In this document: in pieces, positions 1-13,226 of the stretch
How the letters are laid out: each line of letters starts with the position of its first letter
Numbering within the stretch: the stretch's first letter is position 1
DNA from: Chiloscyllium plagiosum
Lineage: Eukaryota
Assembly: GCF_004010195.1 (NCBI RefSeq)
Contig: NC_057749.1
Coordinates: forward strand, 12,615,180 to 12,679,179
Reading direction: 5' to 3'
DNA length: 64,000 nucleotides
Made by a program: the position numbers and the translations under genes
The notes under the pieces: generated by a model
Databases searched by the model: none
The model's input: only the letters and a program-made list of their open reading frames with translations
What the model was told of the DNA's origin: nothing

Positions 1-334
1 CACCTCATCCTAGTTTCAAACTTCCAGTCCCCTTGACTTGTCCGACCTGCCTAGCTCCTTTTCTACCTATCCACTCCACCCTCTCCTCCCTGACCTATCA
101 CCTTATCTCCTCCCCCACTGACCTATTGTACTCTATGCTACTCTCTCCCCACCCCACCCTCCTCTAGCTTATCTCTCCACGCTTCAGGCTCTCTGCCTTT
201 ATTCCTGATGAAGGGCTTTTGCCCGAAACGTCGATTTTGCTGAAGCTCCTCGGATGCTGCCTGAACTGCTGTGCTCTTCCTGCACCATTGATCTAGAATC
301 TGGTTTCCAGCATCTGCAGTCATTGTTTTTACCT
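1..334 (+). mobile_element. Penelope-like element terminal repeat remnant (family A)
   Basis: Same sequence family as 35789-36015, 20436-20585, 7560-7853 and 62715-62905. Contains a hammerhead-like core. Confidence 0.6.
205..232 (+). ncRNA. Minimal hammerhead ribozyme core
   Basis: CTGATGA-A-GGGC-TTTT-GCCC-GAAA-CGTC: both conserved core boxes, a 4-bp stem II and palindromic ACGT in place of stem III. Confidence 0.6.
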
Positions 335-471
335 AGTATTTCGTTCAGTTAATCGAATTCCGGATAATTGAATGCCAGATAACATAGTTTAGCTAAGCAT
401 CGGGACCTTGCGATCTTGCCAGATATTCCAATATTCGGATAATTGAATGCTGGATAAGTGAGGTACCTCTG
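335..471. mobile_element. Tc1/mariner (Tigger-like) MITE end
   Basis: Repeated GGATAATTGAATGC subterminal motifs. Ends ...GAGGTACCTCTG followed by TA. Confidence 0.5.
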
Positions 472-1679
472 TAATATAATCACAACAAGGTGATCATCCC
501 TTTCTTAATTTCTCAGTTCCACCCATATAACTACACTGGACTGAAGAGGGAGATGGGACGGGGCAGGGTGACACTAGGCACATGGACACACAAGATGGCC
601 GCTGAGCCATCAGTTGGCCAACTTGACATAGAAGATACCCGCCAGATCACAATATGGAGAGAAACAGCAGAGCAAATACAGACACTGGCTGGGGTCACCA
701 GAATGCCAGTACAATGCACTCACAACCTAGTTGATTAGTTTAAGGCGGGTGGGGGAAGAGAATACACGAGTAACAAACACTGCCAGCCGAAGTGTCCGAG
801 TCCAGCCAGCACCTCTTATAGAAATGTACATACATTATAGAAGAGTATAGAAGAGTACATCACCCTACTAAAAGCCATTTCTGCCCCTTTAACAATCTAC
901 AGATCCAGAAATTACCTAAAAACAACACAGTTTGCTCAAAATCACAGCATTAGCAGTCTTACAGATCAAAAACACTGTCCCTGGATAACTTAATACCAGT
1001 CCTTAATATTAAAAGTCAGTCAAGAGAGAGATCATGCTATAAACATAATTTTAAAACTGGTCTCACCTTACGATTACAGATTGACAAGAAAAAAATTTCC
1101 ATTGACATCAGTTACTGTGCCTCATTCCAGGACAAACAGACTTCAGTTCAGTCCACTGCAAGTGTTCATTGATTGTTATGAAAATTGGACCTGGGTTCTC
1201 CTACACAGGAGGCTTTAAGCTCTTCCCCAAAATGTAACTGATTATTGCTGCAATACAGCACAGAGAAGGGATGGGGGAGTTTCCCAGATGCTCTTAATAA
1301 ATTTACGTGGTGTGGCTTCTCTACTGAAGGGCAAAACTTCATTCAGCAATCTAAGTAAACATTACTTTCTTAACTGGATAAGTCTGCTAGAGGTGGTAAA
1401 CCAGGTTAGGAGAAGAAAATGGAACTGGCGTGGATTCCGCTCTCAACTATTTCCCAGCAATGCATTAATGGAATGCAAGGAGACGACAGGATCAAACCTG
1501 CATACAGCTTTGCAGATTCTCACTGTCTGGGCTCTCACAGAAACAGGGGATGGTTGAACTGGTGAAAAGGGGTGGGTGGTTATGTTTCCACCAATGCTTT
1601 AAGGAGAGGCAAGGTAAGATATGCATCAGTGCTGGTGTCCACTTTCACGGACTGAAGACGTAAAGGTTAAGAAGAATCA

Positions 1680-1934
<255 letters not shown>

Positions 1935-2224
1935 TCACTTTACTGAGATGAACATTTATCATTTTGCATCACTTTAATGTTTAAAACACCACTGTCAACC
2001 AAAAAGGTTTCTGAAATGTTTATAAATAAGTCTGGAGAATCAAGAGGGGACCAAGTGCTGTACTGTGTCTTGAAACATTGACCTTTTTTTCACTCCAGCA
2101 CAAATTGATGATATAAGGGAGATCTCTGCTAGCCATTTCTGAATGTTGACATGAAATGCATTTTAGACATTGCCACCTCACTTATTCATGAGGCTCGGAT
2201 TTTAATGAAGGCACTGACTCTTGA

Positions 2225-5200
2225 ACTTGCAAGAAGTGTGTCAGCTGCATCTCTTGTTTGATCGCATGACGGCTCTGGAGCTACGGATGGACTCACTGTG
2301 GAGCATCCGCGATGCTGAGGTGGTCGTGGATAGCACGTTTAGTGAACTGGTCGCACCGCAGGTTAGAATTGCTGAGGGAGACAGTGAATGGGTGACCAAA
2401 AGGCAGAAAAAGAGTAGGAAGGCAGTGCAAATGTCCCCTGCGGTCATCTCCCTCCAAAACAGGTATAGCGTTTTGGGTACTGTTGGGGGAGATGGCTCAC
2501 CAGGGGAGGGCAGCAGTTGCCAAGATCATGGTACCGTGGCAGGCACTGTTGTTCAGAAGAGCAGGAAAAAGACCCGTAGGGCCATAGTCACAGGGGATTC
2601 TATTGTGAGGGGAGTAGATAGGCAGTTCTGTGGCTGAAAACAGGACTCCCGGATGGTATATGGTATGTTGCCTCCCAGGTGCTCGGGTCAGGGATGTCAC
2701 CAATCGGCTGCAGAGCATTCTAAAAGGGGAGGGTGAACAGCCAGTTGTCTTGGTGCAAATAGGCACCAACGATATAAGTAAAAAACAAAATGAAGTCCTG
2801 AAAGCAGAATTCAGGGAGCTAGGATAGAAGTTAAAAAAAGGAGGACCTCAAAGGTAGTGATCTCAAGATTACTACCAGTGCCACATGCTAGCCAGTGTAG
2901 AAATGAAAGAATAGGCAGAATGAACACGTCGCTTGAGAGATGGTATAGGCGGGAGGGGTTTAGATTTTTGGACATTGGGACTGCTTCTGGGGAAGGTGGG
3001 ACTATTACAAATTGGACAGTCTACATCTGAACCAGACTGGAACTAATGTCCTTGGGGGAGTTTTTGCTACTGCTGCTGGGGAGGTTTTAAACTAATGTGG
3101 CAGGGGGCTGTGAACCAGAAGAGAAGACAAGTAGACAGCGAGGTGGAAACTGGAGACTGTAAGAATCATAAAGTTAGCATTAATAAGGGGAAGAGTAGGC
3201 AGAGAGCAGATGAACACAAAAGACCTGGTGGCCTGAAGTGCATATACTTTAATGCAAGTATAGTGGATAAGGCAGATGAACTTAGGGCTTGGATTGGTGC
3301 CTGGGTGTATGACGTTATTGAAATCACAGAAACTTGGTTGAAGGAAGGGCATGATTAGCAACTAAATGTTCCAGGATATAGACACTTCAGACAGGACAGG
3401 GAGGGAAGTAAAAGGGAGGAAGGAGGTGTATTATTAGTCAGGGATGATATCACGGCTGTACTAAAGGAGGATACTATGGAGGGCTTGAGTAGTGAGGCAT
3501 TATGGGTGGAGCTGAGAAATAAGAAGGTGCAGTTACATTGTTGGGGCTGTATTACAGGCCTCCCAACAGTGAGCGTGAGGTAGAAGAACAAATAGGTAAA
3601 CAGAATATGGAAAGATGTAGAGGCAAGAGGATGGTGGTGATGGGAGATTTTAATTTTCCCAACATTGACTGGGATACACTTAGTGTCAGAGGTCTGAATG
3701 GGGCAGAATTTGTAAGAAGCATCCAGGAGAGTTTTCTAGAGCAGTATGTCAATAGTCCGACGAGGGAAGGGGTCATATTGGACTTGATGTTGGGGAATAA
3801 GCCAGGCCAGCTGGTACAAGTTGCGATGGGGGATTTCTTTGGGAACAGTGCCCACAATTCCATAAGTTTTAGAATACTCATAGACAAAGATGAGAGTGAG
3901 CCTAAGGGAAGAATGCTAAACTGGGCCAAGGCCAATTATACAAAAATTAGGCAGGAGCTGGGAAATGTGGATTGGACACAGCTATTTGAAGGGAAGTCCA
4001 CATTTGATATGTGGGAGGTTTTCAAAGATAGGTTAAAGATAGTGCAGGATAGGCATGTCTCTTTGAAAGCAAAGAATAGGAAAGGCAAGATTTGTGAACC
4101 GTGGATGACAGGAGAAATCGTACGACTAGTCAAGAGGAAAAGGGAAGTGTACATAAGGCAGCTAAGAACAGAACAGGCCCTGGAGGAATATCTGGAGAGT
4201 AAGACCAGTCTTAAATGAGGAATCAAGCAGCTAAAAGGGGTCATGAAATAGCTTTAGAGAGCAGAATTAGGAAGAATCTCAAAGCCTTTTATTCTTATAT
4301 AAGAAGCCAGTGGGTAACTAGAGAAAGGATTGGTCCACTAAAGGATAAGGAAGGAAGGCTGTGTGTCGAACCTGAGAGAATGGGTGAGATTCTATATAAT
4401 TACTTTGAATCAGTGTTCACTGAGGAGAGGGACATGATGAATGTTGAGATTAGAGATAGAAGTTTGATTCCTCTGGATCACGTTGACATAAGTAGGAAGA
4501 TATGTTAGGTAGGTTGGAGGTTATTAAGGTGGACAAATCCCCAGGACCAGATGGTATCTATCCCAGGTTGCTGAGGGAGGCAAAAGAGGAAATAGCTGGG
4601 GCCCTGACAGATATCTTTGTGGCATACAGGTGAGGTGCCGGAGGACTTCAGGGTTGCTCATGTTGTCGCCCTGTACAAGAAGGGTAGTAGGGATATTCTG
4701 GGTAACTACAGACCAGTGAACCTGACATCACTGGTGGGAAAGTTGCAGGAGAAGGTACGGAGGGATAGGATCTATTTATATTTGGAAAAGAATGGGCTTA
4801 TCAGTAATAGGCAACATGGTTTTGTGTGGTGGAGATCGTGCCTTACCAACTTAATAGAGTTCTTTCAGGAAGTGACCAAGTTGATAGATGAAGGGAGGGC
4901 TGTAGAGGTCATATACATGGACTTTAGTAAGGCGTTTGATAAGGTTCCCCATGGTAAACTAATGGAGAAAGTGAAGTCACATAGTATGCAGGGTGTTCTA
5001 GCTAGGTGGATAAAGAACTGGTTGAGCAACAGGAGACAGAGAGTAATGGTTGAAGGGAGTCTCTCGAAATGGAGAAAGGTGACCAGTGGTATTCCACAGG
5101 GATCAGTGCTGGGGCCACTGTTGTTTGTGATATACATAAATGATCTGGAAGAGGGCACAATTGGTATGATCAGCAAGTCTGCAAAAGACTCGAAGATTGG

Positions 5201-6085
5201 TGGAGTAACAGAAAGCATAGGGGACTGTCAAAGAATACAGAAGAATATAGATAGACTGGAGAGTTGGGCGGAGAAGTAGCAGGTGGGGTTCAATCCAGGC
5301 AAATATGAGTTGATGCATTTTGAGAAGTCCAATTCTAGAGCGAATTATACAGTAAACGGAAGAACCTTGGGATAGGTTGATGAGCCGAGAGATCTGGGAG
5401 TGCAGGTCCATTGTACCCTGAAGGTTGCTACACAGGTGGATAGAGTGGTCAAGAAGGCATATCGTATGCTTGCTTTCATCGGACGGGGTACTGAGTATAA
5501 GAGCTGGCAGATCATTTAAAAATTGTACAAGACATTGGTTCGGCTGCATTTAGAATACTGTGTACAGTTCTGGTCGCCACATTACCAAAAGATTGTGGAT
5601 GCTTCGGAAAGGATGCAGAGAAGGTTTACGAGGAAGGGGTTAGCAATGAAGAGAGGTTGAGTAGGTTAGGATTGTTTTCATTAGAAAAAAGGAGATTTAG
5701 GGGGGAACCTGACTGAGGTCTATGAAATTATGAAGGGTATAGACAGGGTAGACAGAGATAAGCTTTTTCCCAGGGTGAAGAATTCAATAACGAGAGGTCA
5801 TATGTTCAAGGTGAGAGTTGAAAAGTTTAAGGGGGATACATGCAGCAAGTACTTTACACAGAGGGTGGTAGGTGCCTGGAACGCGTTGCCAGCATAGGCG
5901 GTAGAGGCAGGGACGGTAAATTCATTTAAGATGCATCTGGACAGATGCATGAGTCGGTGGGGAGCAGAGGGATACAGATGTTTAGAAAATGGGCAACAGG
6001 TTTAGACAGTGGATTTGGATCACCTCAGGCTTGGAGGGCCGAAGGGCCTGTTGCTGGGCTGTAAATTTTCTTTGTTCTTTCTTTG
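2225..6085 (+). mobile_element. Near full-length decayed CR1 LINE (ORF1 SGNH-esterase plus ORF2 APE-RT)
   Basis: GDSIVRG / CLPGA / IGTNDI esterase blocks. APE motifs ITETWL, YYRPP and MGDFNFP. RT motifs DFSKAFDKV and [11 protein letters not shown]. Multiple stops and frameshifts, with a (TTTG/TTCT)-like tail. Confidence 0.93.
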
Positions 6086-7079
6086 CATCAAATTGCAATC
6101 TCAGTTTGTGAGAAAAATGAAAAAAAAGTCACTGAACAAAAGGTAGTCTTATTGAGAGTGACTCAAGTGGTCTCTCATTAAGATGGACTAGAGGGAGCTT
6201 AGAGATTTGTACTGTTCTTGTCCTGGGAGCTTTTGATGGGGCAGTGTAGAGGCAGCTTTAATCTGTATCTAACCCTGTGCTGTATATACCCTGTAGGAAC
6301 TAAACACTGATTCTCAAGTTTAGTAACTATATTGACCTCTGCAGGCTGGTGATCAGAACATCCTGCTGGTTCCATTTTTTTTCCTTGCCTGAATGTTGAT
6401 TTAAAAGGGTCAGTAATAAAACAGTCACTGACCTCACTGTCTCCTAATAAACAGTCACTGTCTGTTCAGTTTGTAATTGCGAGTAATCTTGGTTAAAAAT
6501 AGTGGTTGTTACTATTTAAACTCAGTTATATTCCAGTCCAGACCCAAACAATACAGAATCTCCTGTTTGACTATGAACATAGGCTGCTTCAGAAAAGAAA
6601 TAACCAGATCTGGTTTATGCTGAAGGCACCGGTACAATTTAGTCATCCAGGTACTAAGAAATGTACTGGTTCTTTTACTATGAGGAAACTACCATTACGG
6701 AGGGGCAGAAGGCAGTTCGTTCAGTGATGCAATCTTTTTGTACTGAGCCCCCATTCAAGTTGGCTTTCCCATGAAGCACTACCTGTAATGTTCAGATTTC
6801 AATAGGGAGTGCACACCTCCTGCTGACTGGCAGTGGGCAGAGATGATGATTGCAGGCGATGTGCAATGACATTGTTTGGCAGGAGGGGGGAGTGGATATT
6901 ACATACCATGGATCTAGTAGAGAAGATTATCATTATTATAGGTTATACACACTTGCTGAGAAGATTTAGGTAACAGAATCATAGCTTCCAGTTCCAGACA
7001 TGTGCAAACCATTTACTGTCACAAAAGCCAAATCTTACAGGAATACTGTTTATATGTGGTCAGGGCTTTGCGCCGATCA

Positions 7080-7274
<195 letters not shown>

Positions 7275-7559
7275 TTAGAGAACAAAGAAAACAAAAATCA
7301 CACCTGTTCATATCTCACTGAGCTATAGAAGAGATCATTAATCTAATAACACAAGCTTACTGTCAATGAGAGAAACAGCCATCATGACCAAAACAATCAA
7401 TCATTTTTACATTGGTGAATTAACAGCACCTTTGCAGTTGCTCAAGGAGAAACCTTGAATAAATGCCTCCACAGACAATTACTGCAAGTTCACAGATGTA
7501 CTTCGGAAACAGAAACATCAACAAGCCATATGTCCCCTTTCAACCGGCTCCACCATTGG

Positions 7560-7853
7560 AGATGGACAAAACTGCAGATGCTGTAATCCAAGGTAGACAA
7601 GCAGGAGGCTTGAAAGAACACAGCAAGCCGGGCAGCATCAGGTGTTGGAGAAGTCAACCTTTTGGGTTTGACTCTTCTTTAGGGCAAGTCCTAAAGAAGG
7701 GTTACACCCAAAACGTCAACTTCTCCATCTCCTAATGCTGCCTAGCTTGCTGTGCCTTTCCAGTCCTGAATAAGGGTTACACCCAAAACGTTGACTTCCC
7801 CACCTCCTGATGCTGCCCGACTTGCTTGATCTTCCAGCCTCCTGCTTGTCTAC
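7560..7853. mobile_element. Inverted/palindromic Penelope-like terminal remnant with degenerate hammerhead cores
   Basis: Arms are reverse complements. AAGGGTTACACCCAAAACGT is repeated. CCACCATT direct repeat on both flanks. Confidence 0.55.
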
Positions 7854-8107
7854 CACCATTTAGTAAGATCATGGTTAATCTTTAACTCCACCTTATTACT
7901 AAGTTCCCACATTCTAGGGTATCATCAGAATGCAAAATCTATTGCTCAGCCTTGAAATGATTCAACTGATGACTGTCTAGAAAGTGAATCCTAACTTTCT
8001 CAAGTGAAGAAATGTTTTTCTTTTATTTGCTGATGGGATGTGAACATCGCTCGCTGGGCCCTGAATAAGGTGCTGGTGAGCTGCTTTCTTGAACCACTGC
8101 AGTCCAT

Positions 8108-8425
8108 TTAGATTAGATTAGATTACATTACAGTGTGGAAACAGGCCCTTCGGCCCAACATGTCCACACCGACCCGCCGAAGCGCAACCCACCCATACCC
8201 CTACATTTACCCCTTACCTAATACTACGGGCAATTTAGCATGGCCAATTCACCTGACCTGCACATCTTTGGACTGTGGGAGGAAACCGGAGCACCCGGAG
8301 GAAACCCACGCAGACACGGGGAGAATGTGCAAACTCTACACAGTCAGTCGCCTGAGGCGGGAATTGAACCCGGGTCTCTGGCGCTGTGAGGCAGCAGTGC
8401 TAACCACTGTGCCACCGTGCCGCCC
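8108..8425 (-). mobile_element. HE1-type V-SINE
   Basis: tRNA-like head with A/B boxes (TGGCACAGTGG, GGTTCAATTCC), V-domain, CR1-like tail and (CTAAT)n. Near-identical to the copy at 30833. Confidence 0.9.
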
Positions 8426-8976
8426 ATAGGCGGCACGGTGTAGGAATGTAGGATGTAGGAATACCTGCAATGCCTTTAGGGAGGGTATTCCAGGGTTTTG
8501 GCCCAGTGACACTGAAGGAACAACAATATATTTCTAAGTCAGGGGGGCGAGTGGGTTGGAGTGAAATTTCCAGGTGGTAGTATGACCTAAATCTTCTCAG
8601 TCTTAAATGGCCACCCCCTAATGCCAAGATTGTGGCCCCCTTATTCTAGACTCTCCAGCTGGGAAAACAATCTTTTAGCATCATCCCTGATACCATTGTT
8701 ACGAAATACTTAGCCTGCTGTAAAACATCAGCAACTTTTATTTTGAGGAGTAACTGCCAATGAACAATCCTTACACTGTTGAATAGCAGCAATTCTGAAT
8801 GGATTCAAAGCAATATATTTCAACTTCTTTTCCCAAAGGATGTTTAATGATATTTGAACACAAACCAATCATAACATAGTAAAAGAAATACATCTTTGAA
8901 TGTTGAAACTAAAAATTAAGTACATCTGACTTGCTAAAAGTTTCACACATTGTACCCAAAAGGTTACAATTACTAC

Positions 8977-9045
8977 CTTGTAATTATTGGGGTTGTAGGT
9001 AAGTGCATTTCCTAGATGTTCAAAGGCTTTCTGATACATTCCAAG
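8977..9045 (-). CDS. BBS4: BBS4 coding exon (human exon 10 equivalent)
   Basis: [23 protein letters not shown]. 69 bp, ttcag acceptor, gtagt donor. Confidence 0.95.
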
Positions 9046-9626
9046 CTGAAAGTCAGAAACAAAGAATTGTTGGTTGCCATTTTTGTTTAAATAGAAAATT
9101 TTAATCTTATGTACAAACAAACAATGTAATGATGTGAATCGCAGGACCCAGTTAGGCAAAAACAATAGAAAGATGACTGAAATCATTAGAACAAAGCAGG
9201 TTTAATTTCAAATTGGAGATTATCACAGCAGCAGAATCACCTTTTTGGTCTCTTTCGCTAGAGTAAGAGCAGGAGTCACACTTGTGTGACTTTTATGTAA
9301 ATTGCCTCACAGTGAAAATGCACGTATAAACACACTGACGTAGGACACACAGACGCACAGTGACCTCCAAGTGTAATGAGAATCCTGAAGGCAAGGACCA
9401 TGTACAGTGATGAGTCTGTCAAATTCCATTTTGATTGTTTTTGGGACATTCACCAGTGATTCAGAGATTATATTCTGCAATTTTATTCATTATTCTGTGA
9501 AAAGTGCAAATGAGTGAGCTTTCTGATAAGGAATCAAGTATGGTTCTTTGAAGAGAAACAGCTGAACTATTTTGTTATGCATCCTTCTGTTACAGACCTA
9601 CTTTGTGTTACAGGCTGTAATATTAC

Positions 9627-9681
9627 CTGCAGGTACAGTAACCCCAATGTAGTCAGAAGCTCGGCATTTTCAGGAGAAAAC
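9627..9681 (-). CDS. BBS4: BBS4 coding exon (human exon 9 equivalent)
   Basis: (E)FSPENAELLTTLGLLYLQ. 55 bp, tgtag acceptor, gtaat donor. Confidence 0.95.
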
Positions 9682-10135
9682 CTACAAGGAAGAAACAAAT
9701 GCTGTCATTATTTTAGACATTCGCCTTACTGGAATTCTTAAGTAAATTAATTTTCTGTATTTAGAGGTTTCAGTAACATATAAATGACTGGCTCTTCAGA
9801 TTTCACCTCACTATAATGCCCTTCACACTCAAACAGTATGCTGCCTTTGGACACCACTGCCCGCACTCTAGAACTCTCTTTCAAATTTCTCCACCTTGCT
9901 GTTTCTCCCCAAATCCTTAGGACCATTTCCCATTACTCAACATTTTATCATCTCCCACGTTTCCACACTTATATACTGTGCCCACTGCATCCACTCACTC
10001 TGTTTTAGGCTGCTTTCTCGTTTAAAACATTCTGAACGAACAGTATTATGTAGCTAATCTTCTTTATCTGAATAGTTAGTCATCACTCCTTGCATTTTTA
10101 TTCAACATTAAAAACTTAAAGAATTTAATACTCAC

Positions 10136-10263
10136 TCCACTGCTTTCTTATATGTTTCAATTGCATTTTGGGTATTTCCCTCCATTAAGTGTAGCTTCCC
10201 GAGGACCATGAAAGTCAGATCATGACGGCTGGTTTGTAAAGCACAGTTCAGATATTCTTTAGC
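10136..10263 (-). CDS. BBS4: BBS4 coding exon (human exon 8 equivalent)
   Basis: AKEYLNCALQTSRHDLTFMVLGKLHLMEGNTQNAIETYKKAV(E). 128 bp, ttcag acceptor, gtgag donor. Confidence 0.94.
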
Positions 10264-12287
10264 CTGAAATAAAGAAATTCTCACACTCACTCTGATAAGT
10301 TGGGTTCAATTATTTTGCTGAAGAGAAGTGCACAGAATCCAGGGCATAGAAACAGGCTATTTGTCAATGGCATGGTCAGTAGCCTTTTACCACTCTGCAT
10401 CTAGCTCCATTGGCCTACTTTTTCTCCCTATTTATAGAGCTTCCCCTTAAACATATCCATGCTATACACCTCAGTAACTCCCTGTGGAACTGAGTTCCAC
10501 ATTCACACTGCGCTCTGCATAAGACATTTCTCCCCCAGAATTCATCACTGGATTTGAGTAACTATCTCGTACTTACAGCTCCTAATCTTCCCTATGGTTG
10601 GAAACACCTTTGCTAAATCTAGTCTACAAAACTCATGTGAAGAGACCCTCATTCTTAACTCTTCTTTACTCTAGAGAAAAGAGCCCAAACTCTCAGCCAT
10701 TTTTTGACAAATAAGTAATTTGCTTCTGCTATGATTCTTATTTTATTTTTGAATCTTCCCTACAGCTTCTATGTATACATAGTAAGAACTGTGCACAATA
10801 TTCCAAAGTCCTGTCTAACCAAAGTTCAATTCAAGCTGAACAATTTCTCCGCTTTTCCAAAATTCCCTAGATTTAGGGGAAAGCTCCAACAGACTGAAAA
10901 ATAACAAGTGTGATTCCTTCATTTGAAAATAGAGGGAGACAGAAAACAGTAAATTTCAGGCTGGTTAATTCAACACTGATCATTTGAAAGGTGATGGCAA
11001 TCATCATTGAAGATATTATTGCAGGGCATTTAGTAAAAGCCAAGTAAATAGGCGCAGTTGGCATGGTTTTTGCAAGAGAAAACACGTTTAATTAATTTAT
11101 TGGAGTTTAAGAAAGAAGCGATATGCGCTGTGAATATAGGGAAACTGGTGTATGCACTCTTCTTACATTTCAGCAGTCATTTGATAAGACACCACATCAA
11201 ATATTGCAGAAAATAATAGCTCATGTTGTTGGGGATGTTAAATCATATTTCATTTCATACTACTTAGAGGGCATACATTTTGAAGAATTGGGAAAACATT
11301 GACATATTTCAAGCTTTGTGGAACTTCCTGGAGTGAGTTCTTTAAGAGATCATTGAAAATTCACTGTGAACAAATTCTTTTTCAAAGCTTCCTAGAAATT
11401 ACATGACTGGCGATACTGGCTTGCTGCTGTGGACCCTGCTGGGATTGTTTGGAAGTGACTAATTTGAGATTATTAACAGTCAGAGGTTTATAGCATGGAA
11501 ACAGGCCCTACTGCCCAACTTGCCCATGCTGCCCAGTGTTCAGAATTAATCTAGTCCCATTTGTTCCGAATGTCTCCCTATCTATACCATCCATGTCTAT
11601 ATGTTTCCTAAATGACAAAATTGTATTCACCTCCACCACTATCTCTGGCAGCCATTCCAGACACTCACCATTCTATGCATAACAAAAATAGAATTGCCCC
11701 CGTGGAGCCTTTGTACCTCTCTCCTCCACCTTAAACCTGTGCCTTCTAGTTTTACACTCCCCTGGCACAGGTATAAAGTTGCTGGCTACTTACCTTACCT
11801 ATGCCTCTCATGATTTTATAGAGCTCTATAAGGTCACCCCTCACTCTCCTATGCTCCAGGGAAAAAAGCCCCAGCCTAAAGAGGAATGATGAGGGCAGAG
11901 CGGTGGACATGATCTATATGGACTTCGACAAGGTTCTCCACAGGACACTGGTTAACAAGGAATACAGGGAGAACTAGCCATTTGGACACAGAACTGGCTC
12001 AAAGGTAGAAGACAGAGGGTGGTGGTGGAGGGTTGTTTTTCAGACTGGAGGCCTGTGACCAATGGAGTGCAACAAGGATCGGTGCTGGGTCCACTACGTT
12101 TCATCATTTATATAAATGATTTGGATGTGAGCATAAGAGGTATACTTAGTAATTTTGCAGATGACACCAAAATTGGAGGTGCAGTGCATAGCAAAGAAGG
12201 TTACCTCAGATTACAACAGGATCTTGATCAGATGGGCCAATGGACTGAGGAATGGCAGATGGAGTTTAATTTAGATAAATGAGAGGT

Positions 12288-13226
12288 TTTGTGGCTAATT
12301 GACATTCATGTCTCCTGGTGGCTAGTTTTCTGCCTGTTTGTCCAATGTAGTGTTTGTTACAGTTCTTGCATGGTATTTTGTAGATGACATTAGTTTTGCT
12401 TGTTGTCTGTATAGGGTCTTTCAAGTTCATTAGCTGCTGTTTCAGTGTGTTGGTGGGTTTGTGGGCTACCACGATGTCAAGGAGTCTGAGTAGTCTGAGA
12501 TGTCCTTGATGCAGGGGAGAGTGGCTAGGGTTTCTGGACGTGTTCTGTCTGCTTGTTTGGGTTTGTTGCTGAGAAATAAATAGTAGAGGATGGAATAATG
12601 GTCTTCTTTGATGTAACAGCCCTGTTCACATCAATTAACATCATCCCAGCCAAGGAAGCACTGACTATACTATTAGAAGAACCAAAGACACATGCACCAA
12701 ACACCACCAACTTCATCAGCAAGGACAGTATCGTCAAGCTAGTGAAATAATGTGCAAGAACTGTAACACACACTACATTGGACAAACAGGCAGAAAACTA
12801 GCCACCAGGATATATAAACATCAACTAGCTACAGAACTACATAACTCTGTCTCACTAGTATCCTTACATACAGATAATGAAGGACACCACTTCGACTGGG
12901 TCAACATATCCATCATAGGACAAGCCAAAGAGACATGCACGAGAATCCCTAGAAGCATGGCATTCCAACCGGAACTCTATCAACACACACAGGCACTTGG
13001 ACCCCATTTACCACCCCTGAGAAAAAAGAATAGGAAGTGACATCACCATTAAAAATGACATCACCACAGGAAATGACATCACCAACCCAAGGAAACCCAA
13101 ACATATAAACAGAAAGCAGGAAACACCAGCAGTGCTTCGTCCGGAGGCCCACTGAAGATATTACCTAGTATGGTGACGAAATGTCTGAAAATGAACCTTC
13201 CAGCTCAACAAGCAAAACTACATGCA
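12288..13226. mobile_element. Penelope-like retroelement fragment, partly inverted (family B)
   Basis: GIY-YIG endonuclease motif NVIYKIPCKNCNKHYIGQTGRKLATR appears on both strands. RT motif FDVTALFTSI. Terminal repeat with a hammerhead core. Confidence 0.88.
13152..13185 (+). ncRNA. Hammerhead ribozyme core (slightly degenerate) in Penelope terminal repeat
   Basis: CTGAAGA-T-ATTACC-TAGTAT-GGTGAC-GAAA-TGTC. Confidence 0.55.

Noticed and set aside
1060..1120. Possible BBS4 exon 13 (strong AAG|gtgag donor on the minus strand)
   Set aside because: Translation does not resemble the expected VALTNLED... sequence. The next exon probably lies outside the window.
8133..8429. Near-identical 'proteins' at 8133-8429 and 30748-31119
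   Set aside because: Antisense translations of HE1 SINE copies.
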